From NCBI RefSeq assembly GCF_030144855.1, contig NC_082714.1, positions 49,228,001 to 49,292,000 of the forward strand: a DNA stretch of 64,000 bases, read 5' to 3'. How positions within the stretch are numbered: the first letter of the stretch is position 1; each line of letters starts with the position of its first letter. The notes beneath the pieces are model-generated. The model did not search any database. It saw only the letters and a list, made by a program, of their open reading frames with translations, and was not told where the DNA came from. This stretch comes from Hypanus sabinus (Eukaryota). The translations under genes were made by a program, and so were the position numbers. Positions 1 to 10,169 of this stretch are shown here, piece by piece.

Positions 1-873
1 TCTTCCTCAGCGCAATAATTATGGTCTTTCTTTTTTTAAGTTGGGTTATTTGGGTTTCTTGCTTTGTGGCTACCTGTAAGCAAACAAATCTCAAAGTTTA
101 TAATTTATATATTCTTTGATAATGAATGTATTTTGAATCTTCACTGATCTCAGCTGTTTAATATAACAGTTCCAATCTCTATGTGTTTTTACAATCAATC
201 TTTCAAATGACACCAAAATTGCAAAACATAAGCTGCAGATTTTGGAAATACAAAGTACAGAACATACTGGTACTACTTCAATCATCATCAGTGGTGAGAG
301 AAACAGAAATGATCAGAACCAGGAAAAGTTAGAAAAGTGTTTTCTAGCTTCTCTGAGCTCTAGTGAAAGATTATCCATCTGAAACATTACTCTTGGTTTC
401 TCCATTCTCAAATGCTGCCTGATCTACAGAAATATTTACAGCTATTTATATTCCTGCAAGCTAACTCTACCTTCTCATTTAAAAATCTTGCTTTGGAACA
501 AGTAACTCTAAATTCCGTAATTAATTTCAACTATTTTGTTCAGCCCGAATTTATCATCTAAAATTGCACACAACTACAGTTTCGACACTAAAGGGAGGGT
601 GTACCGTCTATGGCCTACGAGACGCACATTATTCCATGTGGCCTCCTCCGTCCGCTCATTTGTACAGGTCAGCTACAAGTTAGCCCAGACCCGACGGCCT
701 TCGATTCGAGTGAAGAACACCTTGGGTACTGTTGTCTATTTTCCTCTTCATTACGACGAACTTGATGGACTTTATTTTTTTAACTAATTATTTGATTTTT
801 TTACACAAAATTGAATACGAAAGAAACAAGACACGTCCTGATAGAAAAGTCACAGGTAGATGTTCATACTTAC

Positions 874-934
874 CGTCCCTGGATGTGCCCATTAACTGGT
901 CCAGCATCGCTCTCATTTGAGCTTGAGCAGACAT
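874..934 (-). CDS. LUC7L: LUC7-family splicing factor, coding exon 1 (MSAQAQMRAMLDQLMGTSRD+G); gene continues left of the window
   Basis: The reverse complement reads ATG TCT GCT CAA GCT CAA ATG AGA GCG ATG CTG GAC CAG TTA ATG GGC ACA TCC AGG GAC G|GTAAGT, with a canonical phase-1 donor. The N-terminus matches LUC7L/LUC7L2. The head-to-head position with FAM234A matches LUC7L synteny. Not in the ORF track (too short). Confidence 0.9.
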
Positions 935-1290
935 TTTATTGTTTCAAGATTAGTTTGTTAATTGTAAAACAATATGTTACGTGCATAAATGTCGGAAACA
1001 CTGCGCCGTGAATCCGAGGCCTAGTCGGCGCTCTCCCTCGGTAACGTACCAACCTTCCGGGCACTCTCACAACGATCAAACCGTGAGGGTTGTCGGGAGT
1101 TGTAGTATATATAAAGATATTGTAATTGTAGCGTGAGCGGAAATGGACTACAATACCCAGAGAGTATGTGAACAAAATGTGCATGCGCAATGCTCATCCT
1201 CTAGATGAGACGGACGTGATAGTGGTTGAAAACGTTGGGTGGAGAATTGGAATCGGTGACTGCTGGTGTTTGTAGTAAGGAATTGTTGGA
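935..1290. promoter_or_regulatory. Bidirectional CpG-rich promoter between the LUC7-family gene and FAM234A
   Basis: Divergent ZNF143/THAP11-type ACTACAnnnCCC motifs at 1093-1106 (minus, ACTACAACTCCCGA) and 1147-1160 (plus, ACTACAATACCCAG). NRF1-like TGTGCATGCGCA at 1178-1189. ETS cores CTTCCGG (about 1054) and GCGGAAAT (about 1137). Local CpG enrichment. Confidence 0.75.
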
Positions 1291-1572
1291 TCAATGTTTA
1301 AATATTATGCAGAGGGGTAGTTGTTATTTGTGCTACCATTTTGGTCTCTGGGTTGGAAAAATGACGATTTTATTTTGCTGTCATTTTATACCTATGAGCC
1401 TATTATGGAATGAATCCTGTAAATCTCGTGATAAGAAGTTTACCAATTAAAAACGTGTATTGAAATAAGTTGAAGATGATTCACAATTTAAAGGGAATGT
1501 ATTATAAAGGCAAGAGGTTCAGTTGATACTGGAAATCTAGAGTGACGTGTGTGTGTGTCTCTATAAGTAAAT

Positions 1573-3216
1573 TACTGTGCAAAAGTCTTAAGTATCCTAA
1601 GTTTTTATAATTTTGTTTTAGATTTTTATGTTTTGTCTTCTGTATTCATGTGCCACTAGAAAAGAGTAATTGTTAAATTTATAAACATTCATTTCCAAAA
1701 AAAAATTACAGATTTTTTTCTGTTTTGTTAAATGGCATTTTAGGTAATGTCCACTTTTCAAATAAAAACTTGATTACTTTATAGGTATGGTTAAATAAAA
1801 ATAGCAAACAGGATGCTAATGATCAATGACACAATGAGTTGAATGAACTAAATGATAAACTGAAACAGAAATAATGGAGGAATCAAACTGGGCAAAGACC
1901 AACCAAACATAAAAGGTCAGGATGTGGCAGATTTGACAAATGAATCTTCCAGTCATCAAATCTTGCATCATGGTAAGAGTGAGCCTAGTAACAAGACACA
2001 GGGTGGTTATTGCGTCTCTCCCAAGCAGAAATTTTGCAGTAGACAGGAGTCTTAAGATGTGCTGTCCAAACTCTTTGGAAGAAGCACAAAGTAACGGGCA
2101 AGGATGAGGACCAGAAACACAGTGGTCATCCATGGAAACTGAGCACAGCAGATGAGAGATACATCTTCTTAATCAGAAGAGGTCCAGCACTGCTGTCAGC
2201 TCTGAACTAAGAGAAACCACTGGAACTCAAGTATACCTCTTTACAGTCCAGAGAAGTCTTGTTAGAAGTGGCATTCATGGAAGAGTTGCTGCCAAAAAAG
2301 CCATTCCTCCGAGGTGGCAACAAAGCCAAAAGATTCACCTGCACACAAAAACAAAGACAAGGGTGCTGAACAAAGGGAGCAAGTGCTCTGGACCGACGAG
2401 TCAAGATTTTACATTTTACGCAAACAGGAGCAGTTTGTCTGTTGAAGAGCATTACATGGCTAAGTGCCTGAAGCCAACAGTGCAGTACGGTAGAGGTTCC
2501 CTGCAGGTTTGGGGCAAATGGAGTTTGTGATCAGATCAGAATCAAAGGAATCCTCAATGCTGAGAAGTACAAGCAGATTCTCATCCATTGTCCAATACCA
2601 CCAGGGAGGTCTCTGATCAGTTCTAACTTCATTCTGCAGCATGACAATGACTCCAAGCACACAACCTGTGCAGAAGAACTATGGCAAGTTCTCCAAGATG
2701 CTTCGAGCAACCTACCAGCCGATTTTCTTGTAAAATAGCACAACATTGGACCAAGAGAATTGGAGCAATTGTACAGGCAAAGGGTGGTCACTCCAAATAT
2801 TGATTTGATTTAGTTTTTTTTTAACCATTTACTACTCCTAGTATTTTTTTGATATTTATAAACATTTCATTTCATTATGGGTGAGTGGGACTTCAACTGG
2901 AGATCGTGGGTTAAAGGTGAAATGTAAAAATGTTTAAGGAGAACATGAAGGGAAAGCTCTTCATCAGAAGGTCACGAGAGTTGAATAAGTTGCCAGTGCA
3001 AAAGGTGCTTGTGTCCTCAATTTCAGTGCTTAAAGGAAGTTTGGAAATGTACATGGATAGTGGGTATATAGAGGGCTCTGGTCCCATGGTCCTGATGCTG
3101 GTCAATGGCCAGTTTAAATAATTCTGCATGAATTAGATGGGCCAAGGGGCCTGTTTCTGAGCTGTACTGTATATAACTATGAAAACATCTTCACTTTACA
3201 GAATTTTTACACACTA
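1573..3216 (+). mobile_element. Decayed Tc1/mariner DNA transposon with a CR1 fragment inserted at about 2880-3180
   Basis: TIR-like TACTGTGCAAAAGTCTT at 1573 and a degenerate inverse at about 3200-3216. Frameshifted transposase remnants from about 1970 (GHPWKLSTADERYI, SGIHGRVAAKKPFL, VLWTDESRF). Confidence 0.75.
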
Positions 3217-4038
3217 AGTGTGTGTGTGTCTATATATCCACTGTATTTCAAAAATCATGTGCGCCATGATATATATGCATGATTCCGAAATATGATGAGA
3301 TTTCTATACGGAATGAAAGATGTGTTTCATAAAGATGAACCTGTTTGATTTCTTAGTTAAATTTATACCGTCACTTTCAATTTTAAACATGGAAAAATGT
3401 AGCTTAGACTTGAATAATATAAAATATTCTTCATGTTGCAAATATTACTAGATAAATTTCTTCTGTCATTTTTGTTGGGTCCATGTCTTTCTGAATCATT
3501 GGTGTTTATGAAAAAGCTTAAATGCAACTAATCTAGATAAAAGTAGAAAATGTAGGAACAGTTCAGTGGGCCTTTAAGCCTCAGAACAGAGAAAGAAAGA
3601 AAATTGGTTACCTTAGGTAGCAGAGGAGGGGAACAAAGAAAATTTCTGAAATAGTGTGGCTGTTAAAGGCAGTAAGCTTATTTATGTAAAATATTACTAT
3701 TGTTGTGAAATTCATGACATGTCAGCAGGCTAGAATATACAGATAAAACAAAAAGGAAGAGAGGGATGGTTGGCAAAAATATGACCTCTGCTCTGGAGAA
3801 ACCAGAGCAGATTGGGTTACACTACCAGATAGGGTTATACAAGAGACAGCAGATGCTGGAATCTGGAGCAAAAAAAATCTTCTGTAAGACTTTAGCCCTG
3901 ATGTAGGGTTTTGACTTGAATCATTGGTAATTCCTTTCGTCCCGCAGATACTGCTTAACCCGCTGAATTCTTCCAGCAGATTGTTTGTTGCTGCAAAATG
4001 GGTGATTCAGGTACAAAAGGCAGCAGATGCTATAATCT

Positions 4039-4252
4039 TGTGGCGGCTCATTTCCTAGCGTATGCGAACCGACTCACAATTAGATAGCCTACGGGGGTTT
4101 GCGAGCACAGAGCTTTGGAGCCTCTTCGCCATGGGGGGCCGGTTGACAGAGGCTTAAAAGTGAGGCTGAAGTTTTCGAATAAAGTTTTTCCTTCGACTGC
4201 AGTTACCGACTCCGTGTCGTAATTTTAGCGCTGTTTGTAGCACACCGCTACA
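4039..4252 (+). repeat. 5' LTR
   Basis: TGTGGCGG...CCGCTACA, AATAAA at 4178-4183, identical to 8040-8253 by manual comparison. Confidence 0.97.
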
Positions 4253-4254
4253 AT

Positions 4255-4268
4255 TGGTGACCCCGACG
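4255..4268 (+). promoter_or_regulatory. Primer-binding site, tRNA-Trp type
   Basis: TGGTGACCCCGACG two bases after the 5' LTR. Matches the first 14 nt of the tRNA-Trp PBS used by avian retroviruses (TGGTGACCCCGACGTGAT). Confidence 0.85.
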
Positions 4269-4292
4269 GTCCAAACGATTTTTGGACCAGAA

Positions 4293-4979
4293 ATGACCGA
4301 CGCCGCCTCTGTTCATGCGGTTTCGTTGAAACTGCCGGGTTTCTGGACACAGCGCCCGGACCTATGGTTCCAGCAAGCCGAAGCCCAATTCCACGTTCGC
4401 CGGATCACCTCAGAAGACACCCGCTACTACTACGTGGTGGGCTCCCTCGACCAGGACACAGCTGCCCAGGTCGCGGAGTTCGTACAGTCGCCCCCGGCAG
4501 ACGGCAAGTACACGGAATTCAAAGCCCTGCTCCTCAGGATTTTCGGACTCTCACGGCGCGAGCGGGCTGCCCGTTTACTGCACCTGGATGGCTTGGGCGA
4601 CAGACCTCCATCGGCTTTAATGAACGAGATGTTGTCTCTGGCCGAGGGACACACAGGCCTCATGTTTGAGCAGGCATTCCTGGAGCAGCTGCCCGAGGAC
4701 ATACGCCTGCTGCTGTCCGACGCGGATTTCAGTGACCCCCGGAAGGTGGCAGCCCGGGCGGACTTGCTGTGGAACGCCAAAAAGGTGAGCGGGGCGTCCA
4801 TCGCACAGATCACCCAGCCACGCTCCCGGCAGCAAACCAGTCCAGGCCCGGCCGCAGAGCCCACTAACCCCCGGCCCAATGACCACTGGTGCTTCTACCA
4901 CCAGCGGTGGGGCGCAGAAGCCCGCCGTTGCCGCCCGCCCTGCAAGTTCCCGGGAAACGCCAGGGCCAGCCGCCGCTGA
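4293..4979 (+). CDS. gag: Gag (228 aa from ATG 4293) with C-terminal CHCC-type zinc motif
   Basis: [20 protein letters not shown] capsid-like N-terminus and [19 protein letters not shown] (C-x2-H-x9-C-x3-C). Confidence 0.9.
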   Translation: MTDAASVHAVSLKLPGFWTQRPDLWFQQAEAQFHVRRITSEDTRYYYVVGSLDQDTAAQVAEFVQSPPADGKYTEFKALLLRIFGLSRRERAARLLHLDGLGDRPPSALMNEMLSLAEGHTGLMFEQAFLEQLPEDIRLLLSDADFSDPRKVAARADLLWNAKKVSGASIAQITQPRSRQQTSPGPAAEPTNPRPNDHWCFYHQRWGAEARRCRPPCKFPGNARASRR

Positions 4980-5009
4980 TGGCTACGGCGGCTGGCCATC
5001 GGGATAGCC
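4952..5009 (+). other. Predicted -1 programmed ribosomal frameshift signal
   Basis: Slippery G GGA AAC (4952-4958) in the gag frame, 5-nt spacer, perfect 12-bp stem 4964-4975/4986-4997. Loop GGCTA (4981-4985) is complementary to TAGCC (5005-5009). Confidence 0.8.
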
Positions 5010-8000
5010 TCCTGTATGTGTGGGATAGCAGGTCGGGACGCCGCTTTTTGGTCGATACTGGGGCTGAGGTCAGCGTTTTACCTCCGACAAGTTACGACAC
5101 TCGCAGCAGGGCACCGGGTCCCCCCCTGAGGGCCGTGAATGGCAGCACAGTAAGGACCTATGGCACCCGTCAGGTGCAGCTACAGTTCGGCCCCAGCCAG
5201 TTCACGTGGGACTTCACACTGGCCGCCGTAGCCCAACCGCTTCTGGGTGCGGATTTTTTGCGAGCTCACAGCCTGCTGGTTGACCTGCCCAGGAAGAGAC
5301 TGGTACACGCCGAGACCTTTCAGACGTTCTCCCTGGGCGGGGCCCAGTTGCCAGCCCCTCACCTCGGCTCCATCACGCTGTCCGACAATGACTTCACCAG
5401 GGTCCTGGCGGAGTTCCCATCGGTTCTGGCACCGCAGTTCACAGCAGCCATGCCCAGGCACGGCGTACAGCACCACATCCCGACACAGGGACCACCCCTC
5501 CATGCCCGTGCTCGGCGGCTTCACCCGGACAAGCTCCGACTGGCGAAGGAGGAGTTCCAGAGAATGGAGGAATTGGGGATCATCCGGCGGTCCGACAGCC
5601 CCTGGGCTTCCCCCCTGCACATGGTGCCCAAAGCGACGGGGGGCTGGAGACCGTGCGGCGACTACCGCAGGCTGAACGAGGCTACCACACCGGACCGCTA
5701 CCCTGTGCCGCACATTCAGGACTTTGCGGCAAACCTGCACGGCGCCCGGATCTTCTCCAAGGTCGACCTTGTCCGAGGGTACCATCAAATCCCGATGCAT
5801 CCTGACGACGTCCCCAAGACGGCTCTCATCACCCCGTTTGGCCTCTTCGAGTTCCTCCGCATGCCGTTCGGCCTGAAGAATGCCGCACAGACGTTCCAGC
5901 GGTTAATGGACGCGGTGGGACGGGACCTGGACTTCGCGTTCATCTATTTGGATGACATCCTCATAGCCAGCGGCAGTCGTCAGGAGCATCTGTCCCACCT
6001 CCGTCAACTCTGCGCCCGACTGAGTGAGTACGGTCTTACAATCAACCCTGCCAAATGCCAGTTCGGACTTGATACCATTGACTTCCTGGGCCACAGGATT
6101 ACTAAAGACGGGGCAACCCCTCTGCCCGCTAAGGTAGATGCGGTCCGCCACTTCCCCCGACCCACCACGGTCAAAGGCCTTCAGGAATTCGTAGGTATGG
6201 TCAATTTCTACCGCCGCTTCCTCCCTTCAGCTGCCCGGATCATGCGCCCCCTGTTCGCCCTGATGTCGGGTCCGAGCAAGGACATTACCTGGGACGAGGA
6301 GTCCGCCGCCGCTTTCGTTCAAACGAAGGAAGCTTTGGCTGACGCCGCAATGCTAGTACATCCCAGAATGGACACCCCTACCGCCCTCACAGTGGACGCA
6401 TCAAACACGGCAGTCGGTGGGGTGCTGGAGCAGCTCATCGCAGGTCGCTGGCAACCCCTGGCGTTTTTCAGCAAACACCTGCGGCCACCCGAGCTCAAGT
6501 ACAGTGCTTTTGACCGGGAACTGTTGGCGCTCTACCTGGCAATCCGGCATTTCAGGTACTTCCTAGAAGGTCGGCCCTTCACCGCGTTCACGGACCACAA
6601 ACCGCTTACCTTTGCGTTTACGAAAGCATCCGACCCCTGGTCATCCCGCCAGCAACGCCACCTGTCCTACATCTCTGAATACACAACGGATGTCCGGCAC
6701 GTCTCGGGTAAGGACAATGTCGTGGCGGATGCGCTCTCTCGCCCTACCGTTCATGCCCTTTCCCAAGGGGTAGACTTTGAGGCACTGGCAGAGGCACAGC
6801 AGGTAGATGAGGAGATTCCGAGTTACAGGACTGCAGTCTCTGGTTTGCAGCTCCAGGACTTCCCCGTGGGCCCAGGTGAGAGGACCCTACTCTGTGACGT
6901 CGCCACCAACCAGCCCCGTCCGGTCGTCCCCGCAGCCTGGCGGCGACGTGTTTTCGACTCCATTCATAACTTGGCGCATCCCTCCATCCGGACAACTGTC
7001 CGGATGGTTTCCAGCAGGTTCGTTTGGCACGGACTCCGCAAACAGGTCAGTGAATGGGCCAGGACGTGCATGCACTGCCAGACGGCCAAGGTTCAGCGGC
7101 ACACCAAAGCCCCACCGCAGCAGTTCCATCCCGCCCACCGGCGTTTCGACCACATTCATGTGGATATCGTGGGCCCCCTGCCAGTGTCGCGCGGAGCGCG
7201 TTACCTCCTGACTATCGTGGACCGGTTCACAAGATGGCCAGAGGCGGTCCCGCTCACCGACACCACCTCCGAATCTTGCGCCCGAGCCCTGATCGCCACC
7301 TGGATATCCCGCTTTGGTGTACCAGCCCACATTACCTCCGACAGAGGCGCCCAGTTCACCTCCAGCCTGTGGTCAGCTATGGCCAGCCTTTTGGGGACTC
7401 AGCTGCACCACACCACTGCCTACCACCCACAGTCGAACGGGCTAGTGGAGCGTTTCCACCGTCACCTGAAGTCGGCCCTCATGGCCCGCCTGCGAGGAGC
7501 CAACTGGGCGGACGAGCTTCCCTGGGTCCTTCTCGGCATCCGCACAGCGCCCAAGGACGACCTGCACGCCTCGTCGGCCGAGTTGGTATACGGCGCGCCC
7601 CTGGCCGTCCCCGGGGAGTTCCTACCAGCCCCGAGGGGGCAAGAGGAAGAACCCGCTGCAGTCCTGGGCAGACTTCGCGAGAAGCTCGGTAACCTGGCCC
7701 CCATACCCACTTCACAGCATGGGCGGCACCCGACCTGCGTACCCAAAGACCTACGGAACTGTAAGTTTGTGTTTGTACGAAGGGGCGGGCATCGGCCACC
7801 GCTGCAGCGGCCATACGAGGGGCCGTTTACGGTGCTCCGGAACAACGGGTCCACGTTCGTGCTGGACGTTGGGGGGAAGGAGGAGGTTTTCACGGTGGAC
7901 CGCCTCAAGCCGGCCCATGTGGACCTGGCGCAACCGGCCGAGTTTCCGGCGCCTCGGCGCAGAGGCCGACCTCCCAAGCAGGTTCTGGCCCAGGCTGTGG

Positions 8001-8059
8001 ACATTGGGGGGTGTATCGCCGGTTCTGGGGGGGGGGTTATGTGGCGGCTCATTTCCTAG
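4952..8059 (+). CDS. pol: Pol polyprotein (PR-RT-RNaseH-IN), in the -1 frame relative to gag
   Basis: Protease [10 protein letters not shown]; [10 protein letters not shown] and YLDDIL; RNase H TVDAS; integrase HHCC and D,D(35)E (DIVG, SDRG, ERFH). No stops. Ends inside the 3' LTR. Confidence 0.97.
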   Translation, partial: GKRQGQPPLMATAAGHRDSLLYVWDSRSGRRFLVDTGAEVSVLPPTSYDTRSRAPGPPLRAVNGSTVRTYGTRQVQLQFGPSQFTWDFTLAAVAQPLLGADFLRAHSLLVDLPRKRLVHAETFQTFSLGGAQLPAPHLGSITLSDNDFTRVLAEFPSVLAPQFTAAMPRHGVQHHIPTQGPPLHARARRLHPDKLRLAKEEFQRMEELGIIRRSDSPWASPLHMVPKATGGWRPCGDYRRLNEATTPDRYPVPHIQDFAANLHGARIFSKVDLVRGYHQIPMHPDDVPKTALITPFGLFEFLRMPFGLKNAAQTFQRLMDAVGRDLDFAFIYLDDILIASGSRQEHLSHLRQLCARLSEYGLTINPAKCQFGLDTIDFLGHRITKDGATPLPAKVDAVRHFPRPTTVKGLQEFVGMVNFYRRFLPSAARIMRPLFALMSGPSKDITWDEESAAAFVQTKEALADAAMLVHPRMDTPTALTVDASNTAVGGVLEQLIAGRWQPLAFFSKHLRPPELKYSAFDRELLALYLAIRHFRYFLEGRPFTAFTDHKPLTFAFTKASDPWSSRQQRHLSYISEYTTDVRHVSGKDNVVADALSRPTVHALSQGVDFEALAEAQQVDEEIPSYRTAVSGLQLQDFPVGPGERTLLCDVATNQPRPVVPAAWRRRVFDSIHNLAHPSIRTTVRMVSSRFVWHGLRKQVSEWARTCMHCQTAKVQRHTKAPPQQFHPAHRRFDHIHVDIVGPLPVSRGARYLLTIVDRFTRWPEAVPLTDTTSESCARALIATWISRFGVPAHITSDRGAQFTSSLWSAMASLLGTQLHHTTAYHPQSNGLVERFHRHLKSALMARLRGANWADELPWVLLGIRTAPKDDLHASSAELVYGAPLAVPGEFLPAPRGQEEEPAAVLGRLREKLGNLAPIPTSQHGRHPTCVPKDLRNCKFVFVRRGGHRPPLQRPYEGPFTVLRNNGSTFVLDVGGKEEVFTVDRLKPAHVDLAQPAEFPAPRRRGRPPKQVLAQAVDIGGCIAGSGGGVMWRLIS

Positions 8060-8253
8060 CGTATGCGAACCGACTCACAATTAGATAGCCTACGGGGGTT
8101 TGCGAGCACAGAGCTTTGGAGCCTCTTCGCCATGGGGGGCCGGTTGACAGAGGCTTAAAAGTGAGGCTGAAGTTTTCGAATAAAGTTTTTCCTTCGACTG
8201 CAGTTACCGACTCCGTGTCGTAATTTTAGCGCTGTTTGTAGCACACCGCTACA
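8040..8253 (+). repeat. 3' LTR
   Basis: Identical to 4039-4252, preceded by the G10 PPT. Confidence 0.97.
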
Positions 8254-9038
8254 ATCTGACCAAAAACAAATTACTAGTGGAAGTCAATGGGCCAGAGTTC
8301 TGATACAGAATCTCGTCCTGACGTCGGGTCTCTACCGGAAATATCGACTAGCCCTTTGTCCTGACAGATGCTTTCTGACCTGCTGACTTCCTCCAGCAGT
8401 TTGGATTTTGCTGTTGATTGGGCTATAGATGGCCCAAGTCTGCTCCTATGTCTTATGGTCTTATTAAGGCAGAGATTGATAGGTTCTTGATTGGACATGG
8501 TATCAAAGGTTACAGGGAGAAGGCCAGGAACTGGGGTTAAGGAGTGGGGGGGGAAGGATCAGCCATGATTGAATGGCAGAGCAGTCTCGACGGGCCAGAT
8601 GGCCTAATTCATATTTTTCATGTTTCCAAAAGTAATGCTTGTATATCTGGAACTAGTTTCTGTAATAAAGTTTCTCATGTCACTTAATAGACTTTTCTGT
8701 TGCACCAGTGACGTAAGTGTGCTGATTACGTTTTTTGAGGTGTTGTGTAACTTCCTTTCTGTTGGTGAGTCTAATAAACCGTGGTTGTTTGGGACTTGAA
8801 ATTATATTTTCTGGAAGATTTTTGCAAAGTGATGTTGAGCAAATAGAAGGGATTACTTTCTGCTGAATGGATATTCTTTCAACTGATGTTCACAGTGACA
8901 AAAAAGTTTGTGTTGTGTAAATTTCGTTTTTAACCTTTACAGGAAGGGTACTGGCAAGGAGAGGAGAGTTGCTCCAAGAGGAAAAAGATGTTTTGAACAA
9001 GATACTCAGCTATTCCTATTGTGATGTAGACCAGGAAT

Positions 9039-9309
9039 ATGACTGAAAACAAAGATTTAGAGGCAGAGATACATCCTCTGAAAAATGAAGAAGTCAGAAC
9101 TCAAGACTTGAATGAAGCTTCTGACAAGCCCAAAGAAACCAAGTCCAGGAAGGTTACAAAATTTCATCAGCTGTCCTGGTGGAGAACTGCTGCCTTTTTC
9201 TTGGTGTTATTTTTATGCCTCATTGTGGTGTTTGCATTTTCCTTCATAATTCCCTGCCCAGTGAGGCCTTCATCACAAAGGACATGGAATAGAACATTTG
9301 AAAATGCAG
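9039..9309 (+). CDS. FAM234A: FAM234A coding exon 1 (acceptor at 8942, exon starts 8943), with TM helix
   Basis: MTENKDLEAEIHPLKNEE...RTAAFFLVLFLCLIVVFAFSFIIPCPVRP matches the FAM234A/ITFG3 N-terminus. Donor CAG|GTAAAG, phase 1. Confidence 0.95.
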
Positions 9310-9602
9310 GTAAAGTTAAAAGTGTTTCTTATCATTCTCAGATCTTGGATAATTACATTAAAATAATAAGAGCAATATAGATTTAAATGTTTATCATTTT
9401 AAAGAAATATAACTTTATTGTATGTTAAATTTTATTTGTAGCTTTACCAACAGGTCATTGTTCCCCTTTCAAGATTTCTAAAAGCAATTTGGTTATATTT
9501 GCTTGAATTCTTGCTATTTAAGAAGAAACAAACATACTCAATTCATTAAAAAGAAATAAGATACTGAGACCTGAAAATATTTTTTCATTTATTTTATTCC
9601 AG

Positions 9603-9713
9603 TAACTTACCCTTTTCTCATACTGTGGGATGCAAACAAAGACAAAGTTGCAGATGTGATGTTTGCGTTCAAGGATGCCAACGACACTAATAATGGGTCG
9701 TGTTCAAATGATG
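9603..9713 (+). CDS. FAM234A: FAM234A coding exon 2
   Basis: AG/GT flanks; VTYPFLILWDANKDKVADVMFAFKD...CSND; phase 1 to 1. Confidence 0.93.
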
Positions 9714-10169
9714 GTAAGGGACGATTGTAGTTGTGTGTGATATTTTTGTTTTGCTTTTATTATTACGTTGGTACTCCAGTTTCTGTATTACTTCACTTTG
9801 CTGTTAGCTTGATGCCTTCATTTTTTCAGATTGCTGATTTTCATAATTAAATCAAGCTGGCTGTTTATGTATTGAAGGTCGTGAACCTTTTGAAAAGTTA
9901 TTGATAGTGAACCTAACAATATCCTCTTCCTTTGGTATTCTCACCAACTGGCTTTACTACTTTTCCATTAATTAGAATATAATTTGAAGGCATTATAATA
10001 AAATTCAGGGTTTTCCCATTGTACTAATTTTACGAAGGAATGAGAAAATTATAAAATATCACACTTTACTTAAAAATATCTTGGCATATTCCAAAAATTT
10101 GTAGTTAATTTCTGTGTATCACAATCACAGTCTAACAGCTTACATTTTTCTTACAGTCCTTCTTCCCTG

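Larger units (their letters stand above)
4039..8253 (+). mobile_element. Intact Ty3/Gypsy LTR retrotransposon (CsRn1/Kabuki-like), 4215 bp
   Basis: Two identical 214-bp TG..CA LTRs, 4-bp TSD ATCT (4035-4038 and 8254-8257), PBS, G10 polypurine tract (8027-8036), open gag and pol. Much more GC/CpG-rich than the flanks. Confidence 0.98.

Noticed and set aside
4254-8084. Long overlapping and antisense ORFs within the Gypsy element (4430-4879, 5180-5800, 7054-7692, 7462-8052); possible env or bacterial contamination
   Set aside because: Expected shadow ORFs of GC-rich coding DNA with no motifs. Pol runs into the 3' LTR, leaving no room for env. The TSD and rejoinable flanks show a true insertion.
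9310-9380. ORF-track extension of FAM234A exon to 9380
   Set aside because: Read-through past the GT donor at 9310 into the intron.
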